Virus record (IMG/VR): IMGVR_UViG_2534681674_000009
From: a virus
Lineage: Duplodnaviria; Heunggongvirae; Uroviricota; Caudoviricetes
Reading direction: 5' to 3' (one strand)
DNA length: 24,457 bases
The notes beneath the pieces were generated by a model. The model searched no databases. It worked only from the letters and a program-made list of their open reading frames with translations, and was not told the DNA's origin. Both the position numbers and the translations under genes were made by a program. Positions 1-11,164 of this stretch are shown in pieces. Positions within the stretch are counted from its first letter, which is position 1. Each line of letters starts with the position of its first letter.

Positions 1-1943
<1,943 letters not shown>

Positions 1944-1963
<20 letters not shown>

Positions 1964-3263
1964 TCTCCCGCATATTGCCAGCATGGCTTTTAATGAGCCG
2001 CTGATGCTTGAACCCGCCTATGCGCGGGTTTTCTTTTGTGCGCTTGCAGGCCAGCTTGGGATCAGCCGCCTGACGGATGCAGTATCCGGCGACAGCCTGA
2101 CTGCCGGAGAGGCACCCGCGGCGCTGGCGTTATCCGGTGATGATGACGGACCACGACAGGCCCGGAGTTATCAGGTCATGAACGGCATCGCCGTGCTGCC
2201 GGTGTCCGGTACGCTGGTCAGCCGGACGCGGGCGCTGCAGCCGTATTCGGGGATGACCGGTTACAACGGCATTATCGCCCGTCTGCAACAGGCTGCCAGC
2301 GACCCGATGGTGGACGGCATTCTGCTCGATATGGACACACCGGGCGGAATGGTGGCGGGAGCATTTGACTGTGCTGACATCATCGCCCGTGTGCGTGACA
2401 TAAAACCGGTATGGGCGCTGGCCAACGACATGAACTGCAGTGCAGGTCAGCTGCTTGCCAGCGCCGCCTCCCGGCGTCTGGTCACGCAGACCGCCCGGAC
2501 AGGCTCCATCGGCGTCATGATGGCTCACAGTAATTACGGTGCTGCCCTGGAGAAACAGGGCGTGGAAATCACGCTGATTTACAGCGGCAGCCATAAGGTG
2601 GATGGCAACCCCTACAGCCATCTACCGGGTGATGTCCGGGAAACACTGCAGTCCCGGATGGATGCAACCCGCCGGATGTTTGCGCAGAAGGTGTCGGCAT
2701 ATACCGGCCTGTCCGTGCAGGCTGTGCTGGATACCGAGGCTGCAGTGTACAGCGGTCAGGAGGCCATTGATGCCGGACTGGCTGATGAACTTGTCAACAG
2801 CACCGATGCGATCACCGTTATGCGTGATGCACTGGATGCACGTAAATCCCGTCTCTCAGGAGGGCGAATGACCAAAGAGACTCAATCAACAACTGTTTCA
2901 GCCACTGCTTCGCAGGCTGACGTTACTGGCGTGGTGCCAGCGATGGAGGGCGAAAACGCCAGCGCGGCGCAGCCGGACGTGAACGCGCAGATCACCGCTG
3001 CGGTTGCGGCAGAAAACAGCCGCATTATGGGGATCCTCAACTGTGAGGAGGCTCACGGACGCGAAGAACAGGCCCGCGTGCTGGCAGAAACCCCCGGTAT
3101 GACCGTGGAAACGGCCCGCCGCATTCTGGCCGCAGCACCACAGAGTGCACAGGCGCGCAGTGATACTGCGCTGGATCGTCTGATGCAGGGGGCACCGGCA
3201 CCGCTGGCTGCAGGTAACCCGGCATCTGATGCCGTTAACGATTTGCTGAACACACCAGTGTAA
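1944..3263 (+). CDS. C: Prohead protease / minor capsid protein gpC
   Basis: GTG start at 1944 after RBS GAGGAGGA (1931-1938); 439 aa beginning (V)TAELRNLPHIASMAFNEPLMLEPAYAR, as in lambda C; overlaps the end of B in another frame. Confidence 0.93.
2658..3263 (+). CDS. Nu3: Scaffolding protein Nu3 (in-frame internal start within C, shared stop)
   Basis: In-frame ATG at 2658 (MDATRRMFAQKVSAYTGLSVQ...) sharing the C stop, giving the 201-aa nested product known from lambda; start inferred by homology, not by a strong RBS. Confidence 0.65.
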   Translation: MDATRRMFAQKVSAYTGLSVQAVLDTEAAVYSGQEAIDAGLADELVNSTDAITVMRDALDARKSRLSGGRMTKETQSTTVSATASQADVTGVVPAMEGENASAAQPDVNAQITAAVAAENSRIMGILNCEEAHGREEQARVLAETPGMTVETARRILAAAPQSAQARSDTALDRLMQGAPAPLAAGNPASDAVNDLLNTPV

Positions 3264-3272
3264 GGGATGTTT

Positions 3273-3605
3273 ATGACGAGCAAAGAAACCTTTACCCATT
3301 ACCAGCCGCTGGGCAACAGTGACCCGGCTCATACCGCAACCGCGCCCGGCGGATTGAGTGCGAAAGCGTCTGCAATGACCCCGCTGATGCTGGACACCGC
3401 CACCCGTAAGCTGGTTGCGTGGGATGGCACCACCGACGGTGCTGCCGTTGGCATTCTTGCGGTTGCTGCTGACCAGACCAGCACCACGCTGACGTTCTAC
3501 AAGTCCGGCACGTTCCGTTATGAGGATGTGCTCTGGCCGGAGGCTGCCAGCGACGAGACGAAAAAACGGACCGCGTTTGCCGGAACGGCAATCAGCATCG
3601 TTTAA
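3273..3605 (+). CDS. D: Head decoration protein gpD
   Basis: [27 protein letters not shown]...[10 protein letters not shown], near-identical to recalled lambda D (110 aa); ATG at 3273 chosen over 3267 by RBS spacing and lambda N-terminus. Confidence 0.95.
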   Translation: MTSKETFTHYQPLGNSDPAHTATAPGGLSAKASAMTPLMLDTATRKLVAWDGTTDGAAVGILAVAADQTSTTLTFYKSGTFRYEDVLWPEAASDETKKRTAFAGTAISIV

Positions 3606-3623
3606 CCTGACCCTTCATCACTA

Positions 3624-3648
3624 GAGGCCGCCTGTGCGGTCTTTTTTT
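3624..3648 (+). terminator. Putative rho-independent terminator between D and E
   Basis: Stem GGCCGC / GCGGTC (one G.U pair) with CTGT loop, followed by a T7 run (3642-3648). Confidence 0.45.
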
Positions 3649-3661
3649 ACGGGATTTTTTT

Positions 3662-3937
3662 ATGTCGATGTACACAACCGCCCAGCTGCTGGCGGCAAAT
3701 GAGCAGAAATTTAAGTTTGATCCGCTGTTTCTGCGTCTCTTTTTCCGTGAGAGCTATCCCTTCACCACGGAGAAAGTCTATCTCTCACAAATTCCGGGAC
3801 TGGTAAACATGGCGCTGTACGTTTCGCCGATTGTTTCCGGTGAGGTTATCCGTTCCCGTGGCGGCTCCACCTCTGAATTTACGCCGGGATATGTCAAGCC
3901 GAAGCACTTAGCATGGCTTTCTGAGGCTTTCGTGTAG
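3662..3937 (+). pseudogene. E: Major capsid protein gpE, N-terminal fragment (interrupted after codon ~82 by the integrated element)
   Basis: MSMYTTAQLLAANEQKFKFDPLFLRLFFRESYPFTTEKVYLSQIPGLVNMALYVSPIVSGEVIRSRGGSTSEFTPGYVKPKH matches lambda E residues 1-82; after 3906 the frame reads 9 unrelated codons (LAWLSEAFV) and stops. Confidence 0.9.
3897..3906 (+). repeat. Left junction direct repeat (putative attL core) AGCCGAAGCA
   Basis: Identical 10-mer recurs at 16507-16516; phage-derived sequence ends here on the left and resumes there on the right. Confidence 0.65.
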
Positions 3938-4035
3938 TTGCTGGTTTTTACACTTAATCTTTTGATAATAAAGAATAAGTTTATCTGGTGCTTTCACTGA
4001 ATTTTCCTCGTTATCTGTGTGTTGCAATCATCTCT

Positions 4036-4055
4036 GTATTGCAGCTTGTATTGCT
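4036..4055 (+). repeat. Tandem GTATTGCAG / GTATTGC motifs (putative integrase arm-type sites, left arm)
   Basis: TGTATTGCAGCTTGTATTGC upstream of int; the same motif recurs in tandem at 16409-16432 near the right junction. Confidence 0.4.
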
Positions 4056-4231
4056 TTTTGGGGCTAAAAATGGCTGGCGAGAACAAACTGAGCGACAAAG
4101 CGCTTAAAGGATATCTGGGGAAACCCAGAGAAAAGCAGATCACCATTGCTGATGGAAAGGGGCTTTCTATTCGTGTGAGTACTAAAGGGTGAACCGCCCC
4201 GGGTTTCCTGGAGAGTATTTTATCTGTGAAC

Positions 4232-5122
4232 TCAGGCTGCCAGATCATTATTTCCGATGGAAGCATAATAAGCTTTTTCTGCTTCTGCCGGAGGAATATG
4301 GCCCAGCCTTTCCAGCAATCGTCGATTGTTATACCAGTCCACCCACGTTAGTGTGGCCAGTTCCACTTCTGTCCGGTTTTTCCAGCTATTACGGTGTATT
4401 ACCTCCGCTTTGTAAAGACCATTGATGCTCTCAGCCATCGCGTTGTCATACGAGTCGCCAGTACTCCCTGTTGATGCCAGTAATCCGGCTTCCTTAAGCC
4501 GCTGCGTGTAGGCCAGCGATACATACTGAGAACCTTTATCACTGTGATGGATTGTGCCGGACGGCCGACGGGCCCACAACGCCTGCTCCAGTGCATCCAG
4601 CACGAATGTTGTTTCCATGGATGATGAGACCTGCCATCCCACGATGTATCCGGCGAACACATCAATGATGAACGCCACATAAACGAAGCCCTGCCATGTG
4701 CTTACCCAGGTAAAATCAGCCACCCACAACTGGTCTGGACGTTCTGCCACGAACTGACGGTTTACGCGGTCGCATGCGGCAACGGCTTTCCGGCTGACGG
4801 TAGTGCGGACCTTTTTACCCCGGAGAACACCGGCAAGTCCCATAACTGCCATGAGACGTGCCACAGTGCATCTGGCCACTCTGATACCTTCCCGTAACAA
4901 CTGACGCCAGACTTTACGCACACCGTATACCTGGTGATTTTCATCGTATACGCGCTGTATCTCTTTCTTCAGCCAGTCATCGTGCTGCGCACGGGCACTG
5001 CGTTTATCCGGATGATGTCGCTGTTGCTGACAATGGTAATACGTTGACGGGGCAATATGCAGTTCGCTGCATACCGGTCCGACCCCGTACTGCTCACGCA
5101 GCTTATCCAGCAGTGGCATCAT
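4232..5122 (-). CDS. IS629-like transposase OrfB (DDE catalytic domain; normally made as OrfAB by frameshifting)
   Basis: [53 protein letters not shown]...[22 protein letters not shown]... matches recalled IS629/IS1203 OrfB. Confidence 0.9.
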   Translation of the reverse strand: MMPLLDKLREQYGVGPVCSELHIAPSTYYHCQQQRHHPDKRSARAQHDDWLKKEIQRVYDENHQVYGVRKVWRQLLREGIRVARCTVARLMAVMGLAGVLRGKKVRTTVSRKAVAACDRVNRQFVAERPDQLWVADFTWVSTWQGFVYVAFIIDVFAGYIVGWQVSSSMETTFVLDALEQALWARRPSGTIHHSDKGSQYVSLAYTQRLKEAGLLASTGSTGDSYDNAMAESINGLYKAEVIHRNSWKNRTEVELATLTWVDWYNNRRLLERLGHIPPAEAEKAYYASIGNNDLAA

Positions 5123-5446
5123 TTTTCCAGAGGCGGTCGAACTCCGCCTTCGCAAAATAAGCGGAAGCCTGGCGAAGGATATCGTTACTGCGGCGCAGTT
5201 CACGATTTTCACGTTCCAGCTCTTTCAGACGCTGACGTTCAGCGCTGGTGAGCCCACCATCACCGCCCCCGGTATCCCGCTCATGCTGGCGAACCCAGAC
5301 ACGCAGAGTCTCCGGCGTACAGCCAATCTTTGGGGCAATGGAACTACGATTGCCGCCCACTGTGAGTCATATTCATCCTGACTTTCCAGAACCATACGAA
5401 TCGCCCGCTGACGGACTTCGGGGGAAAAACGAGTATTTTTAGTCAT
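5103..5446 (-). pseudogene. IS629-like OrfA, apparently frameshifted
   Basis: N-terminal [33 protein letters not shown] is in one frame (5225-5446) and the remainder [30 protein letters not shown]...[10 protein letters not shown] in another (5103-5360); junction near 5345-5350. Confidence 0.55.
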
Positions 5447-6620
5447 CCTGTTTACCTCTTTCTCAGGGAGTTTAGTCTCCAGGATTTCCGGGGCGGTTCA
5501 GGGGCTGTGAGCTTTGTTTTCTTCTACAGGTTAGCAGGTGGCCGGGCTGCTCCGGTCTGGCTAACGTTGGGTAAATATCCTGATATGTCACTCAAACAGG
5601 CAAGGGAAAAGCGCGACGAGTGCCGTGGTTGGTTGGCTGACAAACGTGATCCGCGTATCCAGATTAAGATTCAGGCTGAAGAACGCTTAAAGCCGGTTAC
5701 AGTGGAGGATGCACTAAATTACTGGTATGAAAATTACTGTAAGGTGCGTCGTAAAACTCATGCTGTAACGCTTGGCAGATTTCGAAAGCATATCTTTCCC
5801 TATATCGGTCATTTGCCCGTAAATGACACTCACCTATATGAATGGCTGGACTGTTTTGACCGAATTAAACGTAATGCACCAGTTATGGCGGCGTATGTTT
5901 TTTCTGACACTAAATTAGCTCTTCGTTTTTGTCGGGTACGCCAGTACGCGACGTGTGATGCTTTAAAGGATTTGCGCATGAGTGATGTGGGGCAGATTGC
6001 AGGTAAGCGGGATCGGGTTCTGGATGAAGCCGAACTCGGCCAGCTCTGGAAGGCAATTTTTGTCGAGCCTGATTTAAAACTAATGTCTGAATACACGCGA
6101 AAAATGTTTGTGCTTTGTACAGTATTTGGATGTCGAATGAGTGAAGCCCGATTATCAGAATGGAGCGAATGGAATCTCGAAAGTTGGGTTTGGACTGTAC
6201 CAAAAGATCACTCAAAAACTGGTGTTGAAATCGTCAGACCAGTACCTGAAATTCTACGACAGTGGGTAACGGATGTTCACGAAGAGACAAAACATACTGG
6301 TTATGTGCTGGGAAGTCTGCGAATTAGAGAAAGCGTAAGCAAGATTGGGGGGAAAATCGGTAAACGTTTGGGCCATGAAAAACAATGGTCACTACACGAC
6401 CTTAGAAGAACGCTATCTACTCATCTAAGTGATCTCGGTGTTGAATTTTATGTAGTAGAACAACTGTTAGGCCATGCGCTACCTGGCGTGGCAGGTGTTT
6501 ACAACCGGAGTAAGTTTATGGCTAAAAAACTGGATGCTCTGGAACTCTGGACTACATATCTCAATAGCATCGCAGGTGCTGATTCAAAAGTGACAATCCT
6601 CAAACAAAAGGTTGGTTAAC

Positions 6621-6848
6621 ATGAAAAAAATGGCAATTGTTGATAAAAAGGGTCTGGAGTACATTCCTAACATTGACCGAATGATCCGTGAGAAAGAATG
6701 TCGGGAGCTAACCACTCTTGCGAACAGCACACGCTGGAAGCTGGAGAAGGAAGGAAAATTTCCTAAGCGGATCAAGATTGGTTCCACTGCTGTTGCATAT
6801 CGTCTTTCAGAAGTGCAGGCATGGATTCGAGGTGAGTGGGTAGTTTAA
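6621..6848 (+). CDS. alpA: AlpA-like DNA-binding protein (putative excision/regulatory factor)
   Basis: Small basic ORF directly downstream of int with an HTH-like segment ECRELTTLANSTRWKLEKEGKFPKRIKIGSTAVAYRLSEVQAWI, typical of AlpA/Xis-like proteins next to P4-type integrases; ATG 6621 preferred over TTG 6612. Confidence 0.75.
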   Translation: MKKMAIVDKKGLEYIPNIDRMIREKECRELTTLANSTRWKLEKEGKFPKRIKIGSTAVAYRLSEVQAWIRGEWVV

Positions 6849-6874
6849 ATTATCTCAGAATAAAATATTATGAA

Positions 6875-6908
6875 TTACTGATTTGAGAATTTGTACTCAA
6901 ATCAGTAA
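6875..6908. terminator. Bidirectional hairpin between convergent genes
   Basis: Perfect 13-bp inverted repeat TTACTGATTTGAG ... CTCAAATCAGTAA with 8-nt loop, in an AT-rich spacer between the alpA-like (+) and membrane protein (-) genes. Confidence 0.55.
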
Positions 6909-6917
6909 TAACATTCT

Positions 6918-7454
6918 TTATAAGAGATTAAATCCAAATAAAGAGTAATCATATACCGGGGTGCATTGCATCCCACTGAATATGCTGATGTTTTTTTCTG
7001 TTTCTATCCTTTTTTCAATAAGTTGTTGTATATTTTTACAGTACAATTTGTGTGTGATGTTATTATCGTAAGCCTGATATAGCAACGTCAATGTTGATGC
7101 TATGAAACATGCAGAAAGAAAATGAACTAGTACATGTGAGCGTTTTTTGGTTGTCCATGATGCATTCGCTTGTGAAATATAAATCATTCTGAGAATGATA
7201 ATGATGATAGACAGTAACAGACCACTCAATAAAATAAGTATTGGGTTTGCGTATTTAATTAATGGTTGAGAGCAAAAAACTATTATAGCTCCTGTGACTG
7301 CGTATGAGAAAAAGGAGTAATTAAACTTCTTACTCCTTCTCTCAAGTATTTTAATTTCATCTTGTGTGGGGGTTTTAGATGCCTCTAATATAAGTTTATT
7401 AAATGTTTCTGTTATCTTGTTTTTTGTGTTTGTGGCTATTTTTTTTAGATTCAT
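6918..7454 (-). CDS. Hypothetical membrane protein (AT-rich accessory gene)
   Basis: 178-aa ORF with hydrophobic segments (YSFFSYAVTGAIIVFCSQPL, ILILLSGLLLSIIIIILRMIYI, VLVHFLSACFIASTLTLLY); base composition much more AT-rich than neighbours; no recognisable family. Confidence 0.55.
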   Translation of the reverse strand: MNLKKIATNTKNKITETFNKLILEASKTPTQDEIKILERRSKKFNYSFFSYAVTGAIIVFCSQPLIKYANPILILLSGLLLSIIIIILRMIYISQANASWTTKKRSHVLVHFLSACFIASTLTLLYQAYDNNITHKLYCKNIQQLIEKRIETEKNISIFSGMQCTPVYDYSLFGFNLL

Positions 7455-7804
7455 AGCATTCTAACTCCCTTAACTTATTTATTACTTTCTCTTTATGATA
7501 AGAGAGGGGAATGACTTGGTAAAGTGATTTGTCATTAATAATGATAATCCTTGCGATAAATATTTCTGCAAGTTATTTACCTGTTTGTTGCTATCTTGTT
7601 AAGCGTTGGGTGTGGTTTATGTTTGGAGCGACTTTATTTAATCGTGATTTTATGGATTTATATTTATATCCTGTAAGATAAGCGCATGTTAGTTCAGGAG
7701 TAGTGTCAGATAAAATTATTCGGAGTAGAACTACCTTTTCTGTTTATTGCCAGTATTTACATAGCAATGCGCCGTAGTTACTCACATCACGGCGCTGATA
7801 CTAA

Positions 7805-8110
7805 TTATTCAGATTCTTTGGCTTTACGCCGCTGGAGTTCTTCACGAGCGACGGCTACGAGTTGCCCGATTTCCTCCGCTGCCTTGATGCCGATTTGTTC
7901 GACCTTAGCTAAGGCATCCAGTGAAGACACGAGGGGATTTTCTCCGCTTCCTTCTGCCTGGCGGCGGGCGATTTCACCGCGCATGGCGGTTACGATAAAT
8001 CCGGCATTGCTTTCACCGTCCAGCTTAACGGATTCCATCCCTTGCATAACATCTAGTGGGACTCTGACAGTTGTCAGTTGTGATTTTGCGTTTTTGTTAG
8101 CCGTTGCCAT
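7805..8110 (-). CDS. Hypothetical protein, possible regulator (divergent from downstream operon)
   Basis: 101-aa ORF; sits head-to-head with the 8301+ operon across an intergenic region containing repeated operator-like half-sites. Confidence 0.5.
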   Translation of the reverse strand: MATANKNAKSQLTTVRVPLDVMQGMESVKLDGESNAGFIVTAMRGEIARRQAEGSGENPLVSSLDALAKVEQIGIKAAEEIGQLVAVAREELQRRKAKESE

Positions 8111-8300
8111 TTCTGAAACTCCTAATCATCGGTGTGTTTCAGTATACACAAAAAAAGAAATACAAAAAGCCTTGACGTGTGTTTCATGCGCTCATAACAT
8201 GAAACACACCGAAAGGATTGTTGAAATACAAAGAGCAACGCCCCGCAGTGCTGGGAACACATACGGGGCGTCTAACCAACAACGTAAACTAGGAGCCGTT
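8111..8300. promoter_or_regulatory. Divergent promoter/operator region
   Basis: TTGACG (8172-8177) then 17 bp then TAACAT (8195-8200); three copies of GTGTTTCA half-site (8133-8140 and 8179-8186 direct, 8200-8207 inverted), the latter two forming a palindrome over the -10; also inverted repeat GACGCCCCG...CGGGGCGTC at 8239-8273. Confidence 0.45.
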
Positions 8301-8498
8301 ATGGTTGCTGTAAATCATATACCACACCTTGTACACACACAAACGGCCTTTGTGTGGCGTTTTCTGGCACTGAGTGCCGGAGAATCTCAAATCATCCACG
8401 TAACCGCCTGGACGGAACGCGAAGCGCGTAGCCGTTGCCCGTCCGGTTGTGTTGCTGTATTCGCTGCAAAAATCCGCCAGGGAGTGAGTCATGCTTAA
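8301..8498 (+). CDS. Small hypothetical protein (possibly Icd-like)
   Basis: ATG at 8301 preceded by AGGAG (8291-8295); 65 aa MVAVNHIPHLVHTQTAFVWRFLALSAGESQIIHVTAWTEREARSRCPSGCVAVFAAKIRQGVSHA; family assignment is a weak recollection only. Confidence 0.45.
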   Translation: MVAVNHIPHLVHTQTAFVWRFLALSAGESQIIHVTAWTEREARSRCPSGCVAVFAAKIRQGVSHA

Positions 8499-8676
8499 AA
8501 CCTTCCGTGTATTTGCCCGAGCTGTTAACCCAATAGGCCACACAATTGGTATCGCTCAGAATGTGAAGGCTGTTAATGTTCAGACGGCTATTGCTGCGGT
8601 GAGAAGCGAATCATCAGAATATGGCTTATCACAAGTCATTATTTCAGCAGTGTATGAATTAAAAGAGGTGCATTAA
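8491..8676 (+). CDS. Small hypothetical protein
   Basis: 61-aa ORF whose start overlaps the preceding stop (translational coupling). Confidence 0.4.
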   Translation: MLKTFRVFARAVNPIGHTIGIAQNVKAVNVQTAIAAVRSESSEYGLSQVIISAVYELKEVH

Positions 8677-8834
8677 TGCAGGAAATCACATTACACGAAG
8701 CCGCTGAACGTGCGCACCAGACAGAAATTATTGCCGCCTTCTTGAGGTATACCCGAACAAAATTACAGATGCTGATATATCCGCACTGGCGAGCCTACTG
8801 GCGCGTCTTTCGGGAAGTGTCGCTAGTTTTTTGA
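8676..8834 (+). CDS. Small hypothetical protein (52 aa)
   Basis: ATG at 8676 overlapping the previous stop (TAATG), preceded by a strong RBS AGAGGTG (8664-8670); below the ORF-track length cutoff. Confidence 0.4.
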   Translation: MQEITLHEAAERAHQTEIIAAFLRYTRTKLQMLIYPHWRAYWRVFREVSLVF

Positions 8835-8866
8835 TTGAGGAAGAAAGTAAGCTGGTGGGGGATTAA

Positions 8867-9088
8867 ATGAATACAGAACGGGAAGTCTTTTTTAAATTGT
8901 TAGCATGTGCAGAAAGTTCATTAACTTTAAATAATTCAGCAAAAGCAATATTAAATATGTGGCTTGATTGCATAAATGACAATGAAGATGCAAATATTGC
9001 TTATGGCCTGTTGTCACTTATTGATGAAGCAGCAGAAAAACTCAATGACGCAATAAATAGTGCCCTGCTATCAAATAAGTCGAGTTAA
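8867..9088 (+). CDS. Small hypothetical protein (AT-rich)
   Basis: 73-aa ORF with GGGGGA RBS upstream; no recognisable family. Confidence 0.4.
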   Translation: MNTEREVFFKLLACAESSLTLNNSAKAILNMWLDCINDNEDANIAYGLLSLIDEAAEKLNDAINSALLSNKSS

Positions 9089-9105
9089 GTCGAGGAATAA
9101 ATAAT

Positions 9106-9405
9106 ATGGAAATGAAAAATTCTGGCTTTATTGCCAGCGGCCCCGCTCGGCCTGAATTTATGAACGGCGATATTTACCGCGATAAATACGGCGGCACGGT
9201 AACGATTAAAGGCGTGGCAGAACGGCGCATCACTTACCGTCGTGAGGGGTATAGCTATGACTGCGTGATGCCTGTTTATCAGTTCCGGCGTGATTTTTCC
9301 CTGGTATATGCCGCACCCCGCAGTAAGCCCATCAGCAGGGAAAAAGCGCGGGGAAACATCCAGAAAATGAAAAGCATGATTAACGCATTCAGGGGCAAAA
9401 AATGA
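9106..9405 (+). CDS. Hypothetical protein upstream of primase
   Basis: 99-aa ORF with GAGGA RBS; stop overlaps the primase start (ATGA). Confidence 0.5.
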   Translation: MEMKNSGFIASGPARPEFMNGDIYRDKYGGTVTIKGVAERRITYRREGYSYDCVMPVYQFRRDFSLVYAAPRSKPISREKARGNIQKMKSMINAFRGKK

Positions 9406-11153
9406 AACTGGCACCGAACTTAAAAAAACAGCCACGCGACAGACTGACAGAGATAATCATCTTTGCAGGTAGTGATGCGTGGAGCCATGCGAAAGAGTGG
9501 CAGGAATGGGCGGGTAAACATATTGCCGCCGACGATGTGCCGCCTGTCGTGTTGGCTGATGAGCAACTGAAAAACATCACCGATTACCGGATCATTGATG
9601 AAGATCGTCAGTGTGTGCGTGTTTACCGCGCAGGACATATCACAGAGCACAGCATGACGCAGATTGTTACGTTACTGGCTGTGGCTGGAGTGAAGACCGT
9701 ACACGAATACGCGGGGATTACTGACACCAGCCCAGTGGATTTATCCGACCAGTTGCCGCGACTCAAAGAGGAATGCGAGCGTGGGGAAAGCCTGGTGCTT
9801 AATCTTCCGACGAAGCAAAAGGCGCAACTTTCACAGATGGCAGACAGTGAGCGCGCGCAGCTGCTTGCCGAGCGCTTTGATGGCGTTTGTGTGCATCCGG
9901 AAAGTGAAATCGTTCACGTATGGCGCGGCGGGGTATGGTGTCCGATCAGCACAATGGAGCTGAGCCGCGAAATGGTGGCGATCTATTCAGAGCACAGGGC
10001 CACTTTCAGCAAACGCGTGATCAATAACGCCGTTGAAGCGTTAAAAGTTATTGCCGAACCAATGGGCGAGCCGTCCGGCGATTTGCTGCCGTTCGCCAAT
10101 GGTGCGCTTGACCTGAAAACGGGGGAATTTTCCCCGCACACGCCGGAGAACTGGATCACCACGCACAACGGCATTGAGTACACGCCACCAGCACCAGGGG
10201 AGAACATCCGCGATAACGCGCCAAACTTTCATAAATGGCTTGAGCACGCAGCCGGAAAAGACCCGCGCAAGATGATGCGTATATGTGCCGCGCTGTACAT
10301 GATTATGGCGAACCGGTACGACTGGCAGATGTTCATTGAGGCCACCGGAGACGGGGGAAGCGGTAAGAGTACATTTACCCATATTGCCACCCTGCTTGCT
10401 GGCAAACAGAACACCGTAAGCGCAGAGATGACATCACTCGATGATGCAGGAGGGCGTGCGCAGGTTGTCGGGAGTCGTCTTATCGTCCTTGCCGATCAGC
10501 CGAAATATACGGGGGAAGGCACGGGCATCAAGAAAATCACGGGAGGCGATCCCGTTGAAATTAACCCGAAATATGAGAAGCGATTCACGACGATAATAAG
10601 GGCGGTGGTACTGGCAACCAATAACGACCCGATGATCTTTACCGAACGGGCCGGAGGTGTGTCACGCCGTCGGGTGATTTTCCGGTTCGACAACATTGTA
10701 AGGGAGGACGAAAAAGACAAGGAATTACCGGAAAAGATAGCGGCAGAAATCCCCGTAATTATCCGCCGCTTGCTGGCTAATTTTGCTGACCCTGAAAAGG
10801 CACGGGCTTTATTACTGGAACAGCGTGACGGTGATGAAGCTCTGGCAATAAAGCAGCAAACGGATCCGGTTGTTGAGCTTTGCGCGGCGCTGGAGTTTCT
10901 GGAGGAAGCTCGTGGGCTAATGATGGGCGGTGGTGGTGACACCGTGAAGTACACGACCAGAAACAGCCTTTACCGTGTCTATATGGCCTTCATGGCATAT
11001 ACAGGAAAGGGGAAATGTTTGAGCGTGAATGAGTTCGGAAAGGCTATGAGGTCAGCGGCGAAAGTTTACGGATATGAATATATTACGCGAAAAGTTAAGG
11101 GAGTCACGCAGACCAACGCAACGACTACTGATGATTGCGATGCGTTTTTATAA
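9402..11153 (+). CDS. Primase-helicase, D5 / P4-alpha C-terminal-like (SF3 NTPase)
   Basis: 583-aa ORF with Walker A GDGGSGKST and Walker B-like hydrophobic run ending in D (RLIVLADQ); architecture resembles satellite/P4 replication initiators; immediately followed by iterons. Confidence 0.8.
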   Translation: MKLAPNLKKQPRDRLTEIIIFAGSDAWSHAKEWQEWAGKHIAADDVPPVVLADEQLKNITDYRIIDEDRQCVRVYRAGHITEHSMTQIVTLLAVAGVKTVHEYAGITDTSPVDLSDQLPRLKEECERGESLVLNLPTKQKAQLSQMADSERAQLLAERFDGVCVHPESEIVHVWRGGVWCPISTMELSREMVAIYSEHRATFSKRVINNAVEALKVIAEPMGEPSGDLLPFANGALDLKTGEFSPHTPENWITTHNGIEYTPPAPGENIRDNAPNFHKWLEHAAGKDPRKMMRICAALYMIMANRYDWQMFIEATGDGGSGKSTFTHIATLLAGKQNTVSAEMTSLDDAGGRAQVVGSRLIVLADQPKYTGEGTGIKKITGGDPVEINPKYEKRFTTIIRAVVLATNNDPMIFTERAGGVSRRRVIFRFDNIVREDEKDKELPEKIAAEIPVIIRRLLANFADPEKARALLLEQRDGDEALAIKQQTDPVVELCAALEFLEEARGLMMGGGGDTVKYTTRNSLYRVYMAFMAYTGKGKCLSVNEFGKAMRSAAKVYGYEYITRKVKGVTQTNATTTDDCDAFL

Positions 11154-11164
11154 AAAATGGCAAT

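Larger units (their letters stand above)
4190..5500 (-). mobile_element. IS3-family insertion sequence, IS629/IS1203-like (1311 bp)
   Basis: Terminal inverted repeats TGAACCGCCCCGGG... (4190) and ...GATTTCCGGGGCGGTTCA (ends 5500); flanking 3-bp direct repeat GGG (4187-4189 and 5501-5503); encodes IS629-like OrfA and OrfB. Confidence 0.9.
4070..6619 (+). pseudogene. int: P4-family tyrosine integrase, interrupted by IS insertion (N-fragment 4070-4189, C-fragment 5501-6619)
   Basis: MAGENKLSDKALKGYLGKPREKQITIADGKGLSIRVSTKG (40 aa) before the IS and G-AVSFVFFYRLAGGRAAPVWLTLGKYPDMSLKQAREKRDE... (373 aa) after it are in the same frame once the IS and one GGG copy are removed; the C-terminal region ...WSLHDLRRTLSTHLSDLGV...LLGHA... 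is a typical tyrosine recombinase catalytic region. Confidence 0.85.

Noticed and set aside
5057-5442. + strand ORFs 5057-5251 and 5248-5442 inside the IS
   Set aside because: Antisense to the IS629-like orfA/orfB, which account for this region.
7767-8498. 243-aa + strand ORF spanning the divergent region
   Set aside because: Its first ~180 codons run antisense to the 7805-8110 gene and across the promoter/operator region; only the 3' part from the RBS-preceded ATG at 8301 was accepted as a gene.
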